In this document: positions 9,757 through 18,136 of the stretch, piece after piece | How the letters are laid out: each line of letters opens with the position of its first letter | Position numbering within the stretch: position 1 is the first letter of the stretch | NCBI GenBank assembly: GCA_043827405.1 | Contig: JBDRPD010000081.1 | Span: 1 to 48,951 of the forward strand | Direction of reading: 5' to 3' | Origin: Elusimicrobiota bacterium | Lineage (GTDB): Bacteria > Elusimicrobiota > Elusimicrobia > UBA1565 | Length of the DNA: 48,951 nt | The notes under the pieces: generated by a model | Database searches by the model: none | Told to the model about the DNA's origin: nothing | The model's input: only the letters and a program-made list of their open reading frames with translations | Translations under genes and position numbers: made by a program

Positions 9757-9918
9757 TTAGACGGCTTTGTCGCCGCCGCCGCAAGGGTTCGGCCAGATGC
9801 ACGGCTTGACTGCGGCGGTCATGATCCCGGTCGGCGGTATGGTCTTGGGCGCTTCGTTGTACGCCAGCTGCGCCTGGATTACCGGGCTCAGCGAAATGAT
9901 CATGAATAGTTCGAGCAT
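9757..9918 (-). CDS. 53-aa peptide with a CIWPNPC motif (not in the ORF track)
   Basis: AAAGAGGAAAAG-ATG, then MLELFMIISLSPVIQAQLAYNEAPKTIPPTGIMTAAVKPCIWPNPCGGGDKAV*. Promoter upstream, terminator downstream. Confidence 0.7.
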   Translation of the reverse strand: MLELFMIISLSPVIQAQLAYNEAPKTIPPTGIMTAAVKPCIWPNPCGGGDKAV

Positions 9919-9950
9919 CTTTTCCTCTTTGGCCTATTTGCGTATAGGAC

Positions 9951-10028
9951 ATAGTACCTAGATATCCGGCGCGGCCTTTTGACCTCTATCAAGCGGAATA
10001 CTTGATCGTAGTCAATGATGCGGGTCAA
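9951..10028 (-). promoter_or_regulatory. FNR-type boxes and -10 element (class II promoter geometry)
   Basis: TTGAC-CTCT-ATCAA 9979-9992, TTGAT-CGTA-GTCAA 10002-10015, ATGAT-GCGG-GTCAA 10015-10028; minus-strand TACTAT at 9951-9956. Confidence 0.7.
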
Positions 10029-10046
10029 GCGCCGGCGAGGGGATGG

Positions 10047-10760
10047 TTAGGAAAAGTGTCCGGAGAGGGTGCGCAGTTTGTCGATGTCGGTGATGATGAT
10101 GTCCTTGCCTTTCCTCTGGACCAGGCCGCGCGTTTCGAAGTCTTTGAGCAGGCGGACCGTCGTCTCGATCGTCAGGCCGGCCATCTCCGCGAGTTCCTTG
10201 CGTTTAAGGTTCTCTACCACCGGGCGGCTGCGCTTTCCGACGAGGGGCGTCATCATCCTTACCAGGGTGCCCGCGAGGCGCGCGCGCGCCGGCTTGAAGG
10301 CGATGTCGCGCGCCTTGGCTTCCCCGCGCCGTACGTCTTTAGAGAGCTCGCGCAGCAGTGCCAGGGCGCCGTTGGGGTGCTTGATGAGGAAGCGCTCCAG
10401 CTCGCTGCGGTCGATCATGGAGACGACGGATTCGGTCATGGCTTCGGCGCTGCCGGCATACGGCCATTCAGCGAACAGCGAGATATGTCCGAGCAGGTCT
10501 CCCGGTGATTCGATGCGCGTCAGCAGCTGCTGACCGGTCCGGCTGGACTTGTATATCTTGACCTTTCCCGTGCAGACGATATAGATGCTGGTGGCTTTCT
10601 CTCCCTCGTAGAAGATCGTCTCGCCGGGCTTGAAGCGGTTGGCGATGCGGATGTCCTGCCAGGCTTTTTTTGATGACTTGTCGGTGAGGAACTCGTAAAA
10701 ACAGTTTTTCTTGAACTTGCACCACTCGCAAACGGGCGCTTCTTTCTTGGAAAATGCCAT
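10047..10760 (-). CDS. Crp/Fnr family regulator with N-terminal CX2CX5C
   Basis: CEWCKFKKNC, cNMP-like barrel (IFYEGE, GKVKIYK), HTH ELAEMAGLTIETTVRLL. Confidence 0.9.
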   Translation of the reverse strand: MAFSKKEAPVCEWCKFKKNCFYEFLTDKSSKKAWQDIRIANRFKPGETIFYEGEKATSIYIVCTGKVKIYKSSRTGQQLLTRIESPGDLLGHISLFAEWPYAGSAEAMTESVVSMIDRSELERFLIKHPNGALALLRELSKDVRRGEAKARDIAFKPARARLAGTLVRMMTPLVGKRSRPVVENLKRKELAEMAGLTIETTVRLLKDFETRGLVQRKGKDIIITDIDKLRTLSGHFS

Positions 10761-10777
10761 GGAGTACCTTGAACAAT

Positions 10778-10805
10778 ATCGTATCAAATAAGGCGCATGC
10801 GTCAA
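10778..10805 (-). promoter_or_regulatory. Sigma70-like promoter of the Crp/Fnr gene
   Basis: TTGACG-16-TACGAT with an extended TG. Confidence 0.5.
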
Positions 10806-10849
10806 GAGAAAGTCTCAGGTTTCGAACGCTTTTTGTTTAGGGGAGCGGT

Positions 10850-12103
10850 TTAGAGCCGCTGCGCATGCGAACGCATTATGTCGCTGTAGCGCGGGAGATC
10901 GCGCAGGGCGTCCAGCTCGGGATCGGTGCGCGTCATCAATATGGTCTGGCGCAGGCTCTCCGGGGAGCGCGCGCTGTCGAGAGCGCGGTTGAGGGCGGTC
11001 ATGGCATTGCCGAGCTCGCCGTTGGCGGCGCAGGTCAGTGCGAGCTGATAGTTGGCCGAGGTGTTCTGCGGCAGTTCCTGGACCGCCAGCTGGTAAATCC
11101 GGATGGACTCGTCAAGGCGTCCCAGGTGCCGGAATGAGGAAGCGATGCGCTCGAGGATCTGCGATTTATTGACCTTGTTGAGCGATCCGATCGCGGCGTC
11201 CTTGCTCAGCGCCGCTTGGTATTTTTGCACCGCATCCGCATAGTGCTGCGTCTTGTAGGCGCGGTCCGCTCGCGACACGAGCTTGAGCACCTCGGGATCC
11301 TGGTACGGCGGTGCCAGCTCCTGGGGCTTGCGTGCGGGGATGCCGGTCAGCGCGTCGCGGTACGGCTGATATCCCCGAATCCGTTCCTGGGCTTCCTGTT
11401 CGGTCAGGGTGCCGCTCTCGACCGCGTCGTAGGTATCTAGAATCATCTTGTTTTTCGCTGAGTCCAGCAGGCCGGAAAAGAGGGGATTTGTCTTGACAAG
11501 CTTCGCCACGGCCGGGTATTTGCTGATGCGCCGCGCGCGCCGCACTCCGTAATAGAGATTGGCGGCCGATTTCTCGGCGTCGTTGAGCTTTAGCCGGATT
11601 CGCGCGCCGTAGAGGTAGGGCATGGGGTTCTTGTGCGCCAGGCGGGCGGATTTCTTGATGGCGGTGAGCGCGTCCGTCAGGCGTCCCTCGGCCTCATAGC
11701 ATTGGGCGAGGCCGTGGTAGAGCATGTAGGGGTCGCTGACTTCACCCAAGGCGGGGTCGAGAGCGAGCGCGGATTCGAAGGCGTCGATCGCGTTTCGCGC
11801 ATCCATCTTGTCCGCCTTGTCTGCGGCGGTCTCGGTGAAGGCGCGGTGATAGTAGGTGCTGCCGATGCGGTAGAAGGCGTCGGCCGAGTCGGGGTCCGCG
11901 CTCGCGGCACGCTCGAAGAAGTCGAGCGCGCTCGCGTAGTCTCGCGCGGCCAGGCTTTGCGCGCCTTGCACGATCAGGCCGGCGGCTTGGGACGTCGCGG
12001 CTTGCTGATGCGGCCGTTTCGCTTTTTGCCGCACAGCACCGACGGGCACCGTGACCGCAAAGATCAGCGCGAGGCTGCAGATGATAGGCGTGAGAATCCG
12101 CAT
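10850..12103 (-). CDS. Secreted TPR-repeat protein
   Basis: Signal peptide MRILTPIICSLALIFAV and multiple TPRs. The ORF-track extension crosses the tRNA and is rejected. Confidence 0.75.
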   Translation of the reverse strand: MRILTPIICSLALIFAVTVPVGAVRQKAKRPHQQAATSQAAGLIVQGAQSLAARDYASALDFFERAASADPDSADAFYRIGSTYYHRAFTETAADKADKMDARNAIDAFESALALDPALGEVSDPYMLYHGLAQCYEAEGRLTDALTAIKKSARLAHKNPMPYLYGARIRLKLNDAEKSAANLYYGVRRARRISKYPAVAKLVKTNPLFSGLLDSAKNKMILDTYDAVESGTLTEQEAQERIRGYQPYRDALTGIPARKPQELAPPYQDPEVLKLVSRADRAYKTQHYADAVQKYQAALSKDAAIGSLNKVNKSQILERIASSFRHLGRLDESIRIYQLAVQELPQNTSANYQLALTCAANGELGNAMTALNRALDSARSPESLRQTILMTRTDPELDALRDLPRYSDIMRSHAQRL

Positions 12104-12148
12104 TGTATGGGCTTGCCTTAAGTTTAAGGCGGCGGCCGCCTTGAAAAC

Positions 12149-12188
12149 AGGGTCAAGGGGCCCAATTTTAAATAGGCCTAAAGGCCTA
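12149..12188. promoter_or_regulatory. Two 16-bp palindromic operator-like sites
   Basis: AGGGTC-AAGG-GGCCCA 12149-12164 and TAGGCC-TAAA-GGCCTA 12173-12188. Confidence 0.5.
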
Positions 12189-12208
12189 CTCAGATTTGGG
12201 AACGAATC

Positions 12209-12237
12209 TTGCAGGTTATGTCGGGAAAATCTACAAT
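12209..12237 (+). promoter_or_regulatory. Sigma70 promoter of tRNA-His
   Basis: TTGCAG-17-TACAAT about 12 nt before the tRNA. Confidence 0.65.
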
Positions 12238-12248
12238 ATCCGGCAGAC

Positions 12249-12325
12249 GGTGGGCGTAGCTCAATGGTTAGAGCGCCTGGTTGTGGTCCAGGAGGCTGGG
12301 GGTTCAATTCCCCTCGTCCACCCCA
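12249..12325 (+). tRNA. tRNA-His (GUG) with encoded G-1 and CCA
   Basis: Acceptor GTGGGCG/CGTCCAC, anticodon arm CCTGG-TTGTGGT-CCAGG, T-arm GGTTCAATTCC, C73, CCA. Confidence 0.97.
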
Positions 12326-12438
12326 ATTCCCCTTCCCGTCATCCTGCCCTCGGCGCATGCTACATAGTAGATGGATTGTGTTACTGCGCTGTTACGGCAA
12401 GGTAAAGAGCAGGTTGCGCGGCGCGGGGCAGGCGGCGG

Positions 12439-13125
12439 TTACGGATCGAAGCGGTAGCCGAAGCCGCGGACGGTGACGATCTTGTCGCCGTGCGGTCCGA
12501 GTTTTTGGCGCACGTGGCTGATAGTCACATCGACCACCTTGGTCGACGGCGCGCTGTCCGGATCATAGCCCCATATCTGCTGCAGCAGAAATTCGCGCGA
12601 CAGCACGCGGTTCTTCTGCGATACGAGCAGGGCCAGCAGGTCAAATTCCTTGGCCCATAGCGCGATACCCCTCTTCTTGAGGTAGGCTTTGCGCGAGTCC
12701 ATCTCAAGGCGCAGATCGCCGATGACGATGCTCTCCGGTTTTCCCATGCGGCCGCTGCGGCGCAGCAGGGCCTCGACGCGCGCCAGGAGTTCGGCGGTGT
12801 TGAAGGGTTTGGTGATGTAGTCATCGCCGCCGGTGCGCAGGCCTTCGATCTTGTCGTCGACCGTGTTCTTGGCCGTTAAAAACAGAATGGGCAGCGCGTT
12901 TTTCGCGGGCTTCTTGCGCAGTTCCGCGCAGAGATCCAGCCCGTCACCGTCGGGGAGCGTGCGGTCGAGCACGATCAGGTCAAACTCCGAACGCTCAAGA
13001 CAGCCGCGTCCGGCCTTGGCGGAACTGGCGGAGTGGACCTCAAAGCCTTGGTCCTCCAATGCTTCGGAGACGAGCGCGACGACACCTTCATCGTCATCGA
13101 TGACGAGAATTTGATATTGGGACAT
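12439..13125 (-). CDS. OmpR/PhoB family response regulator
   Basis: IDDD, VLD..LPDGDG, FLTA, DDYITKPF and winged helix TVRGFGYRF. Confidence 0.93.
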   Translation of the reverse strand: MSQYQILVIDDDEGVVALVSEALEDQGFEVHSASSAKAGRGCLERSEFDLIVLDRTLPDGDGLDLCAELRKKPAKNALPILFLTAKNTVDDKIEGLRTGGDDYITKPFNTAELLARVEALLRRSGRMGKPESIVIGDLRLEMDSRKAYLKKRGIALWAKEFDLLALLVSQKNRVLSREFLLQQIWGYDPDSAPSTKVVDVTISHVRQKLGPHGDKIVTVRGFGYRFDP

Positions 13126-13197
13126 TGCTATTAGATAAGCATAGTCCGATGGCGGCGATATGTCAATAACCTTGGCGCTGCGCTGGTAAAGCGGCGG

Positions 13198-13791
13198 CTA
13201 CTGATAGGGGTTGGCGCCGCCGGCATGGTCGGTCGCGTCGATAACTTCGTCGAGCTCGGGCATGGCTTGGCGGAAGGCGCGCTCGACGCCGTTTTTCAGC
13301 GTCATGCGGGCGCCCTGACAGCCTTGGCAGCCGCCGCCGAGCTTGACATAGATTGTGGCGTCCTTGACGTCGAGGAGGGTGATGCCTCCCCCATGCGAAG
13401 ACAGCTGCGGGGCGATGTCCTTGTCCACGATCTCCTGCGCGATCCTCCGAATCTCCTCGGGTGAGCGCATGTTGGTGGGCGCGTCCGCGTCGACCGCGGG
13501 CTTTCCGGACGCGAGCTGTTCCGTGATAATCGCCGCGACCTTTCGCGTTACCGACGGCCAGTCTTCCGGCTTGTCCCGCGTTACGGCAACGGCGTCCTTG
13601 GATATTTTGATCGACTCGATGCCGTCGAGGCTGAATATCTTGCGCGCCAGGGACGATTTTTTGGCGTCTTTTTTGCTGCGGAAGAAGGTCGGGGCTCCCG
13701 TGTGAACGGTGCGGTCGACCGTAAAACGGCAGGTCAGGGGGCTGCCCGCGATGCGAGTGGTTATGCTGAGGCGGTCCTTTTTGCCGGTCAT
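13198..13791 (-). CDS. Nfu/NifU-like Fe-S carrier (Nfu_N plus NifU-C domain)
   Basis: SLARKIF..GIESI, HGGGI, GGGCQGC, TLKNGVE and DATDH..G.NPY. Confidence 0.88.
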   Translation of the reverse strand: MTGKKDRLSITTRIAGSPLTCRFTVDRTVHTGAPTFFRSKKDAKKSSLARKIFSLDGIESIKISKDAVAVTRDKPEDWPSVTRKVAAIITEQLASGKPAVDADAPTNMRSPEEIRRIAQEIVDKDIAPQLSSHGGGITLLDVKDATIYVKLGGGCQGCQGARMTLKNGVERAFRQAMPELDEVIDATDHAGGANPYQ

Positions 13792-13793
13792 GT

Positions 13794-14165
13794 TCAGTAC
13801 CTCGGAATAAGCGGATCGATCTGTTCGGACCAAGCGTCAATGCCGCCCGCCATGGCCTTAATTCGGGTGAAGCCTTTTTCCACTAGGGCCTGTACGCCCA
13901 TTAGCCCTTGTGGTCCTTTGTGGTCATAGAGAACGATTTCGGTGTCCTTGGGCCATTTGCTGAATATCTGATCAACGAGCTCCCTGGTGGTAAATTGCGC
14001 TCCCTCAATGTGCATCATGCGGAATTCGGGCTCGGAGCGGATATCGAGAAGCTTAAAATCCTTATTATCGTCCAACATTTTCTTAACTTCAGCCGCGGTT
14101 ATAGTGTCCTCGGCCGGGGGCTCGCTTTTGGGGCCCTTCTTTGAAATCTTGATGTTTTTAGTCAT
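13794..14165 (-). CDS. Rhodanese-like domain protein lacking the catalytic Cys
   Basis: LLDIR, HIEGA, LYDHKG and AGGIDAWS..IDP.IPRY. Confidence 0.85.
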   Translation of the reverse strand: MTKNIKISKKGPKSEPPAEDTITAAEVKKMLDDNKDFKLLDIRSEPEFRMMHIEGAQFTTRELVDQIFSKWPKDTEIVLYDHKGPQGLMGVQALVEKGFTRIKAMAGGIDAWSEQIDPLIPRY

Positions 14166-14194
14166 GCTTAATTATAGCATATAGCATATAGACA

Positions 14195-14217
14195 AGGCTG
14201 CGCCGTCGGCGCAGCCT
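14195..14217 (-). terminator. GC-rich hairpin, possible terminator
   Basis: AGGCTGCGCC-GTC-GGCGCAGCCT followed by AT-rich sequence on the minus strand. Confidence 0.4.
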
Positions 14218-14256
14218 ATGCTGCGGCCGACGGCGCTCACTGAAGGTACCGAAACC

Positions 14257-14475
14257 TTAGTTTCGGCCCTGACCGACAGGCACCTGGAGAACGCGCTTGT
14301 TTCCCCGCGGGACCTGCAGCGTCCATTTGCCGCCCACGAATACCGGGACTATGATCGCGGATCCCTTGGCCATGCGCTTGCTCCACGCGCGCAGCAGGGT
14401 CTTTGCGGGTTTGTCCTGCAGCATCTCGTCGGCGTCTATGTCTTCAGCCTTGGTTATGGTCGTTTTTTGAGCCAT
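14257..14475 (-). CDS. Small basic hypothetical protein
   Basis: GGAAGG RBS-like sequence before MAQKTT; 72 aa. Confidence 0.5.
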   Translation of the reverse strand: MAQKTTITKAEDIDADEMLQDKPAKTLLRAWSKRMAKGSAIIVPVFVGGKWTLQVPRGNKRVLQVPVGQGRN

Positions 14476-14523
14476 GTTTTTTGCCTTCCGAGAATAGTAT
14501 GGTGTGTGGACCCAATTCCCGCC

Positions 14524-14673
14524 TGAGCAAATGGGCCCAATAAACAAGGCTTTACGTCCTATTTACCTTTTAGGACCTTAGGCCTATATCGCTGTATGAG
14601 CCGTTCGGCGCGTACTTCCATAGGTCCAAGGTCCCAGTTTGTTAAGCTAAAGCAAAGTAGGACGCTTGTCCCA
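14524..14673. promoter_or_regulatory. Cluster of TAGGAC-N4-GTCCTA-like palindromes
   Basis: Copies at 14524, 14546, 14571, 14621 and 14658 in a divergent intergenic region. Confidence 0.6.
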
Positions 14674-14733
14674 ATGCCCGCGAGGCCATACGGTACTGGA
14701 CATCCCTGACAGGCGGGACGTATACTATCTCTA

Positions 14734-16260
14734 ATGCCGTTCTTTCGCCTGTCGGCGTATGCGTTTATTCTGCTCGGGGTGCTGCCCTCCTTCGGCCACG
14801 CCGTACGTGTCGTAGGCGTACAGACCGGGGGCCTTCAGGGTACCGGGTCCGGGGCCAGCGGTGCGGCTTCCGCAGCCAATATTAGTCAGACCAATATCAC
14901 CATTAATAATACCGTGGGTGTGGATATCGGCCACTCCTCGTTAATGAAGGTGGATAACCCGGCACTCAGCGTTTCCCCGCAGGGCGGGGATGTCGTCATT
15001 AGGAACCAGCCCGGACTGAATGTGGGGCAGCCAGGCCTCAGCGTCGATAATAAGGCGGTTCGGACAACCGCCGACAAGGAGCTTAAGGGCGGCGAATCCT
15101 CCGCGGAGCGGGAGGGCGAGGGCGGAGTTCCGAAGACCGACCTGCAGAAGCTGGACAAAGCGACGCAGGATATCCGCAAGACCGCGCAGCTGGAGAAGGA
15201 AAAGAAGGTGCGCGGCGGCGCCGTCGCGAGCAAGCTGGACAAGATGTTTGATTTCAATAAGGAAAAGCCGGAGGTCTTCAACGCTGCGCCCGCGGCGGAG
15301 GGCCAAGGCGGCTTGGGCAAAGCTGCGGTCGCTCTCGAAGGGCTGCCCGATCCGAGCATCGTGGGCGTGGATAAAGCAGTGAGCAAGCTCTCAGCTCTAG
15401 CGGCGAACGCGGACGCGGCGCAGGCGCCGTTCCTATATAAGCGTGCGATTGATATCGCCCGCGACGCCAAAAAGACGGCCGCGGCCGACGAGCTGCTGCG
15501 CAAAGCCGCCAGGCGGGCGGCGAAGTCCGTCACCGACACCGGCAACAAGGCTTTTAGCTCGGCGGCGCAAGGACGCACGACGGAGGCCCTCGGCTATACC
15601 CAGTCGGTATATGGCTGGAACAGCCTGCTGTCTTCCAGGGAGCGCCCCTTGATCGGCAACTTCAACGAGTTTAAGGACGCGGTCAAGCATGTGCTCGGCC
15701 AGGCGCTGGAATCGCCGGGCAAGACCTTGCCGTCGCCGACGGTTCGCTTCGCGAAAGGAAAGGACAAGAACGGCGCCCAACTGCAGGCCCAAATAACGCT
15801 GCCGCAAGAGATTGCGGGCATGGTCGCTCCCCTGCCGGTCGGCTTCGCGGCGAATCTGGCATCGCCGGAGACCGTTATCGCTTGGGATGATGTCGCGGCG
15901 CTGGAGCTTTCCGGGCCGCGGCTGACCGGCAGCTTTGATCTTGCTGCGCAGGCGGGCTTTCGCGCTTTCTTCCGCGCGCATCGCCGGGCCGGGAGCTCGG
16001 CGCTGAAGAGCTTTTGGCTGGCCGCCCGGCAGTATGCGGCCGGTGCGGCGGCGGGCATATGGCAGCGCCTGCGGGCGCTGGCCGTCTCGCTGCTGCGCAG
16101 CCTGGGCATCCTGTCCAGCGGTGCGGGGCTGACCGTTGATGCGGCGTCGATCGAGACGCTGCGGGCGGCGCCGTCCGCCGCCGTTTCGCTGCCGGTCAAA
16201 GCGGTACGGACCGGCGACCGGCTGAACCTCGGCTACGAGCTCTACCCCGTCGCGCCATAG
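14734..16260 (+). CDS. Secreted hypothetical protein
   Basis: Signal peptide and host-like codon bias; no recognisable domain. Confidence 0.65.
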   Translation: MPFFRLSAYAFILLGVLPSFGHAVRVVGVQTGGLQGTGSGASGAASAANISQTNITINNTVGVDIGHSSLMKVDNPALSVSPQGGDVVIRNQPGLNVGQPGLSVDNKAVRTTADKELKGGESSAEREGEGGVPKTDLQKLDKATQDIRKTAQLEKEKKVRGGAVASKLDKMFDFNKEKPEVFNAAPAAEGQGGLGKAAVALEGLPDPSIVGVDKAVSKLSALAANADAAQAPFLYKRAIDIARDAKKTAAADELLRKAARRAAKSVTDTGNKAFSSAAQGRTTEALGYTQSVYGWNSLLSSRERPLIGNFNEFKDAVKHVLGQALESPGKTLPSPTVRFAKGKDKNGAQLQAQITLPQEIAGMVAPLPVGFAANLASPETVIAWDDVAALELSGPRLTGSFDLAAQAGFRAFFRAHRRAGSSALKSFWLAARQYAAGAAAGIWQRLRALAVSLLRSLGILSSGAGLTVDAASIETLRAAPSAAVSLPVKAVRTGDRLNLGYELYPVAP

Positions 16261-16261
16261 G

Positions 16262-18136
16262 ATGCGGATAGCGGCGGCGTTCGGCCTCCTGGCTTTGCTC
16301 TCGATCCATTGCGCCGCCGCCCCCCCCCATGCCGAGCTGCGTCGTGCCGGCGCCGCCCCGCCCGAGGTGGTGCGGTGGTTCGCCGCGCTCGATGGTCTCC
16401 TTGACGATTACCGGCGGGCGATGCAGGCCTGGTCCTCCGGGAATGGCCCGTTGGCGGCGAAAGCCGGCGCCGCGGCCGCGGCCGCGGCGTCATCGATGGC
16501 CGGCGGCTACCAGTCCGTGACGGGCGATGCCGCCGCCGCCGCTAAAGTTCGGGCGGCGGCGCGGGAAATTCAGGCGGCGCTCGACGGCGCCGGCGAGCCG
16601 TCCCGTGAACTGCTGGCCAAGACGCTGTCGCTGGCGAAGGGCTCGCTCAACCGTTGGGTCCAGCTGATGCGCCAAGAGGCGCTGGCGCAGCCCGGGCCCC
16701 GGGGACGATTCCCCGCCAACAGCCTGCTGACGTATCAGGATGAGAGCGGCCGGCACGAGCTGGCGTTCCTTGACGTTTCGGCGGGCGGCCTGGTCAAAGA
16801 CGGCCGGATCGTTTCGCCCGCGCTCGCGGCGCTGCTTGAGGCGCTGCGCGCAGCGCCGGATACCGGGGGCACCTTCGTTGTCAGCGGACGCCGGCTTTGG
16901 ATTCGGCGCGGTGCCGCCGATGTCTTCGTCGATCAGGGGGCGATCGCCAACGACGGTCAGATCCGCTTCCGCTATTTGGAAGAGGACGGTACGTTCTTGG
17001 GGCAGTCCCGGTTTTACTTCCTGACCCGCGCTCTGATCGACTGCGGCTATTCCGTGAGCGTGCAGGGCGGAGAGCTTGTCGCGTCGCTGAGCGGCGATCG
17101 CGTCGGCCTCGATGCCTTCACGCGTCTCGAGCGCTTCGCCGCGGCGTGGCGCGCCCTCGATACCGCCCATCGCCTGCGTCCCTATCTCGGACGCTACCTG
17201 GACGGCACCATCTCGCAGGACGAGAATGCCCAGCGCATCGACGAGCTCGCCGGCATCTTCGCGGCGGAGGGGCGTCTGCCGTTTCTCGACGACGGCGGTC
17301 CCGACCGTTTGCGCCTGGGCGTTATGGAGTTCCGCGCCAAGAACGCGGCGCGCGAGACCCTGCGCGCCGAGATGAACGGAACTCTGGCGCGCTTCCGTCT
17401 CGGCGTCTTTCCCGACCGGGTCCTGGTGGGGCAGCGGACGATCGACCTCTACTACAACGCCCCGATCGACGCGGCGCTCGCCCGCGGTGAATTGATGCGG
17501 GCCAAGGAGAAGCTGGTGCTGGATAAAGGTTATGATCCGCTCGGCCGGCTCGCACGCACGGGCGCCGGCGGGGACGCGCCGGCTTATGCCGCTGCTCGCT
17601 GCATCGGTACGGTGGGCGGTGCGGTCGCGCGGCTGCTGCAGCGCCGCGGTCAGGGCGGCGAATGGGAGACGGCGTATCAGCTGCGCCGGCGGCCGGCTTC
17701 CGTCGCCGGACAGTCCTATGTCTTCGACGCCGAGGTCCTGTATGCCGGCGCGGCCGCGGCGGCGGCGACGGCGCGCATTACCTATGACCGCAAGGAGGCC
17801 TTGGCCGGCGGGAAAGTGTTTGTGACGCCGTTTTTAACGGCAGCGGACGCCGGGCTGCTGGCCAAGAGCGCGGCGGTCGTGACCACCGGCGGCGGCGCGC
17901 AGACGGAGCTTATGGCGCGATCTGCCGGCATCACGGCGCTCAATCTGCCGCAGGCCGAGTGGAGCCCCAGCTCGGGCCTGGCTCTTGAGCTGCCCGTCTA
18001 CGGCGGGGACCGCTGGGTCGCCGGCAAAAAGGTGCGGCCGGTCGTGCGCTACGACCGGCTCATACTGCAGGAAGGCGATCAGGTCCGATTGGACGCGCAG
18101 GCGGGACTCCTCGTGGTTCTAGACGAGCCGCAGTAG
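16262..18136 (+). CDS. Secreted hypothetical protein with a degenerate PEP-utiliser swivel domain
   Basis: Signal peptide; C-terminal AAVVTTGGGAQTELMARSAGITAL and LQEGDQVRLDAQAGLL. Confidence 0.55.
   Translation: MRIAAAFGLLALLSIHCAAAPPHAELRRAGAAPPEVVRWFAALDGLLDDYRRAMQAWSSGNGPLAAKAGAAAAAAASSMAGGYQSVTGDAAAAAKVRAAAREIQAALDGAGEPSRELLAKTLSLAKGSLNRWVQLMRQEALAQPGPRGRFPANSLLTYQDESGRHELAFLDVSAGGLVKDGRIVSPALAALLEALRAAPDTGGTFVVSGRRLWIRRGAADVFVDQGAIANDGQIRFRYLEEDGTFLGQSRFYFLTRALIDCGYSVSVQGGELVASLSGDRVGLDAFTRLERFAAAWRALDTAHRLRPYLGRYLDGTISQDENAQRIDELAGIFAAEGRLPFLDDGGPDRLRLGVMEFRAKNAARETLRAEMNGTLARFRLGVFPDRVLVGQRTIDLYYNAPIDAALARGELMRAKEKLVLDKGYDPLGRLARTGAGGDAPAYAAARCIGTVGGAVARLLQRRGQGGEWETAYQLRRRPASVAGQSYVFDAEVLYAGAAAAAATARITYDRKEALAGGKVFVTPFLTAADAGLLAKSAAVVTTGGGAQTELMARSAGITALNLPQAEWSPSSGLALELPVYGGDRWVAGKKVRPVVRYDRLILQEGDQVRLDAQAGLLVVLDEPQ

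Noticed and set aside
9701..9961. ORF-track calls 9701..9952 (-) and 9767..9961 (+)
   Set aside because: Neither has an RBS; the first runs through the terminator and the second is antisense. The 9757..9918 frame has RBS, promoter and terminator support.
12249..12325. tRNA-His as the integration site of an island
   Set aside because: No integrase and no visible duplicate of the tRNA 3' end; flanking genes look native.
12104..12358. N-terminal extension of the TPR ORF
   Set aside because: It runs through the tRNA and its promoter; the signal peptide starts at 12103.
14173..14192. TATAGCA micro-repeat as a phase-variable tract
   Set aside because: Fewer than three copies; adequately explained as the extended -10 region of the rhodanese gene.
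14524..14673. Palindrome cluster as a degenerate CRISPR array
   Set aside because: Units are only 16 bp, degenerate, irregularly spaced, and recur at distant promoters.
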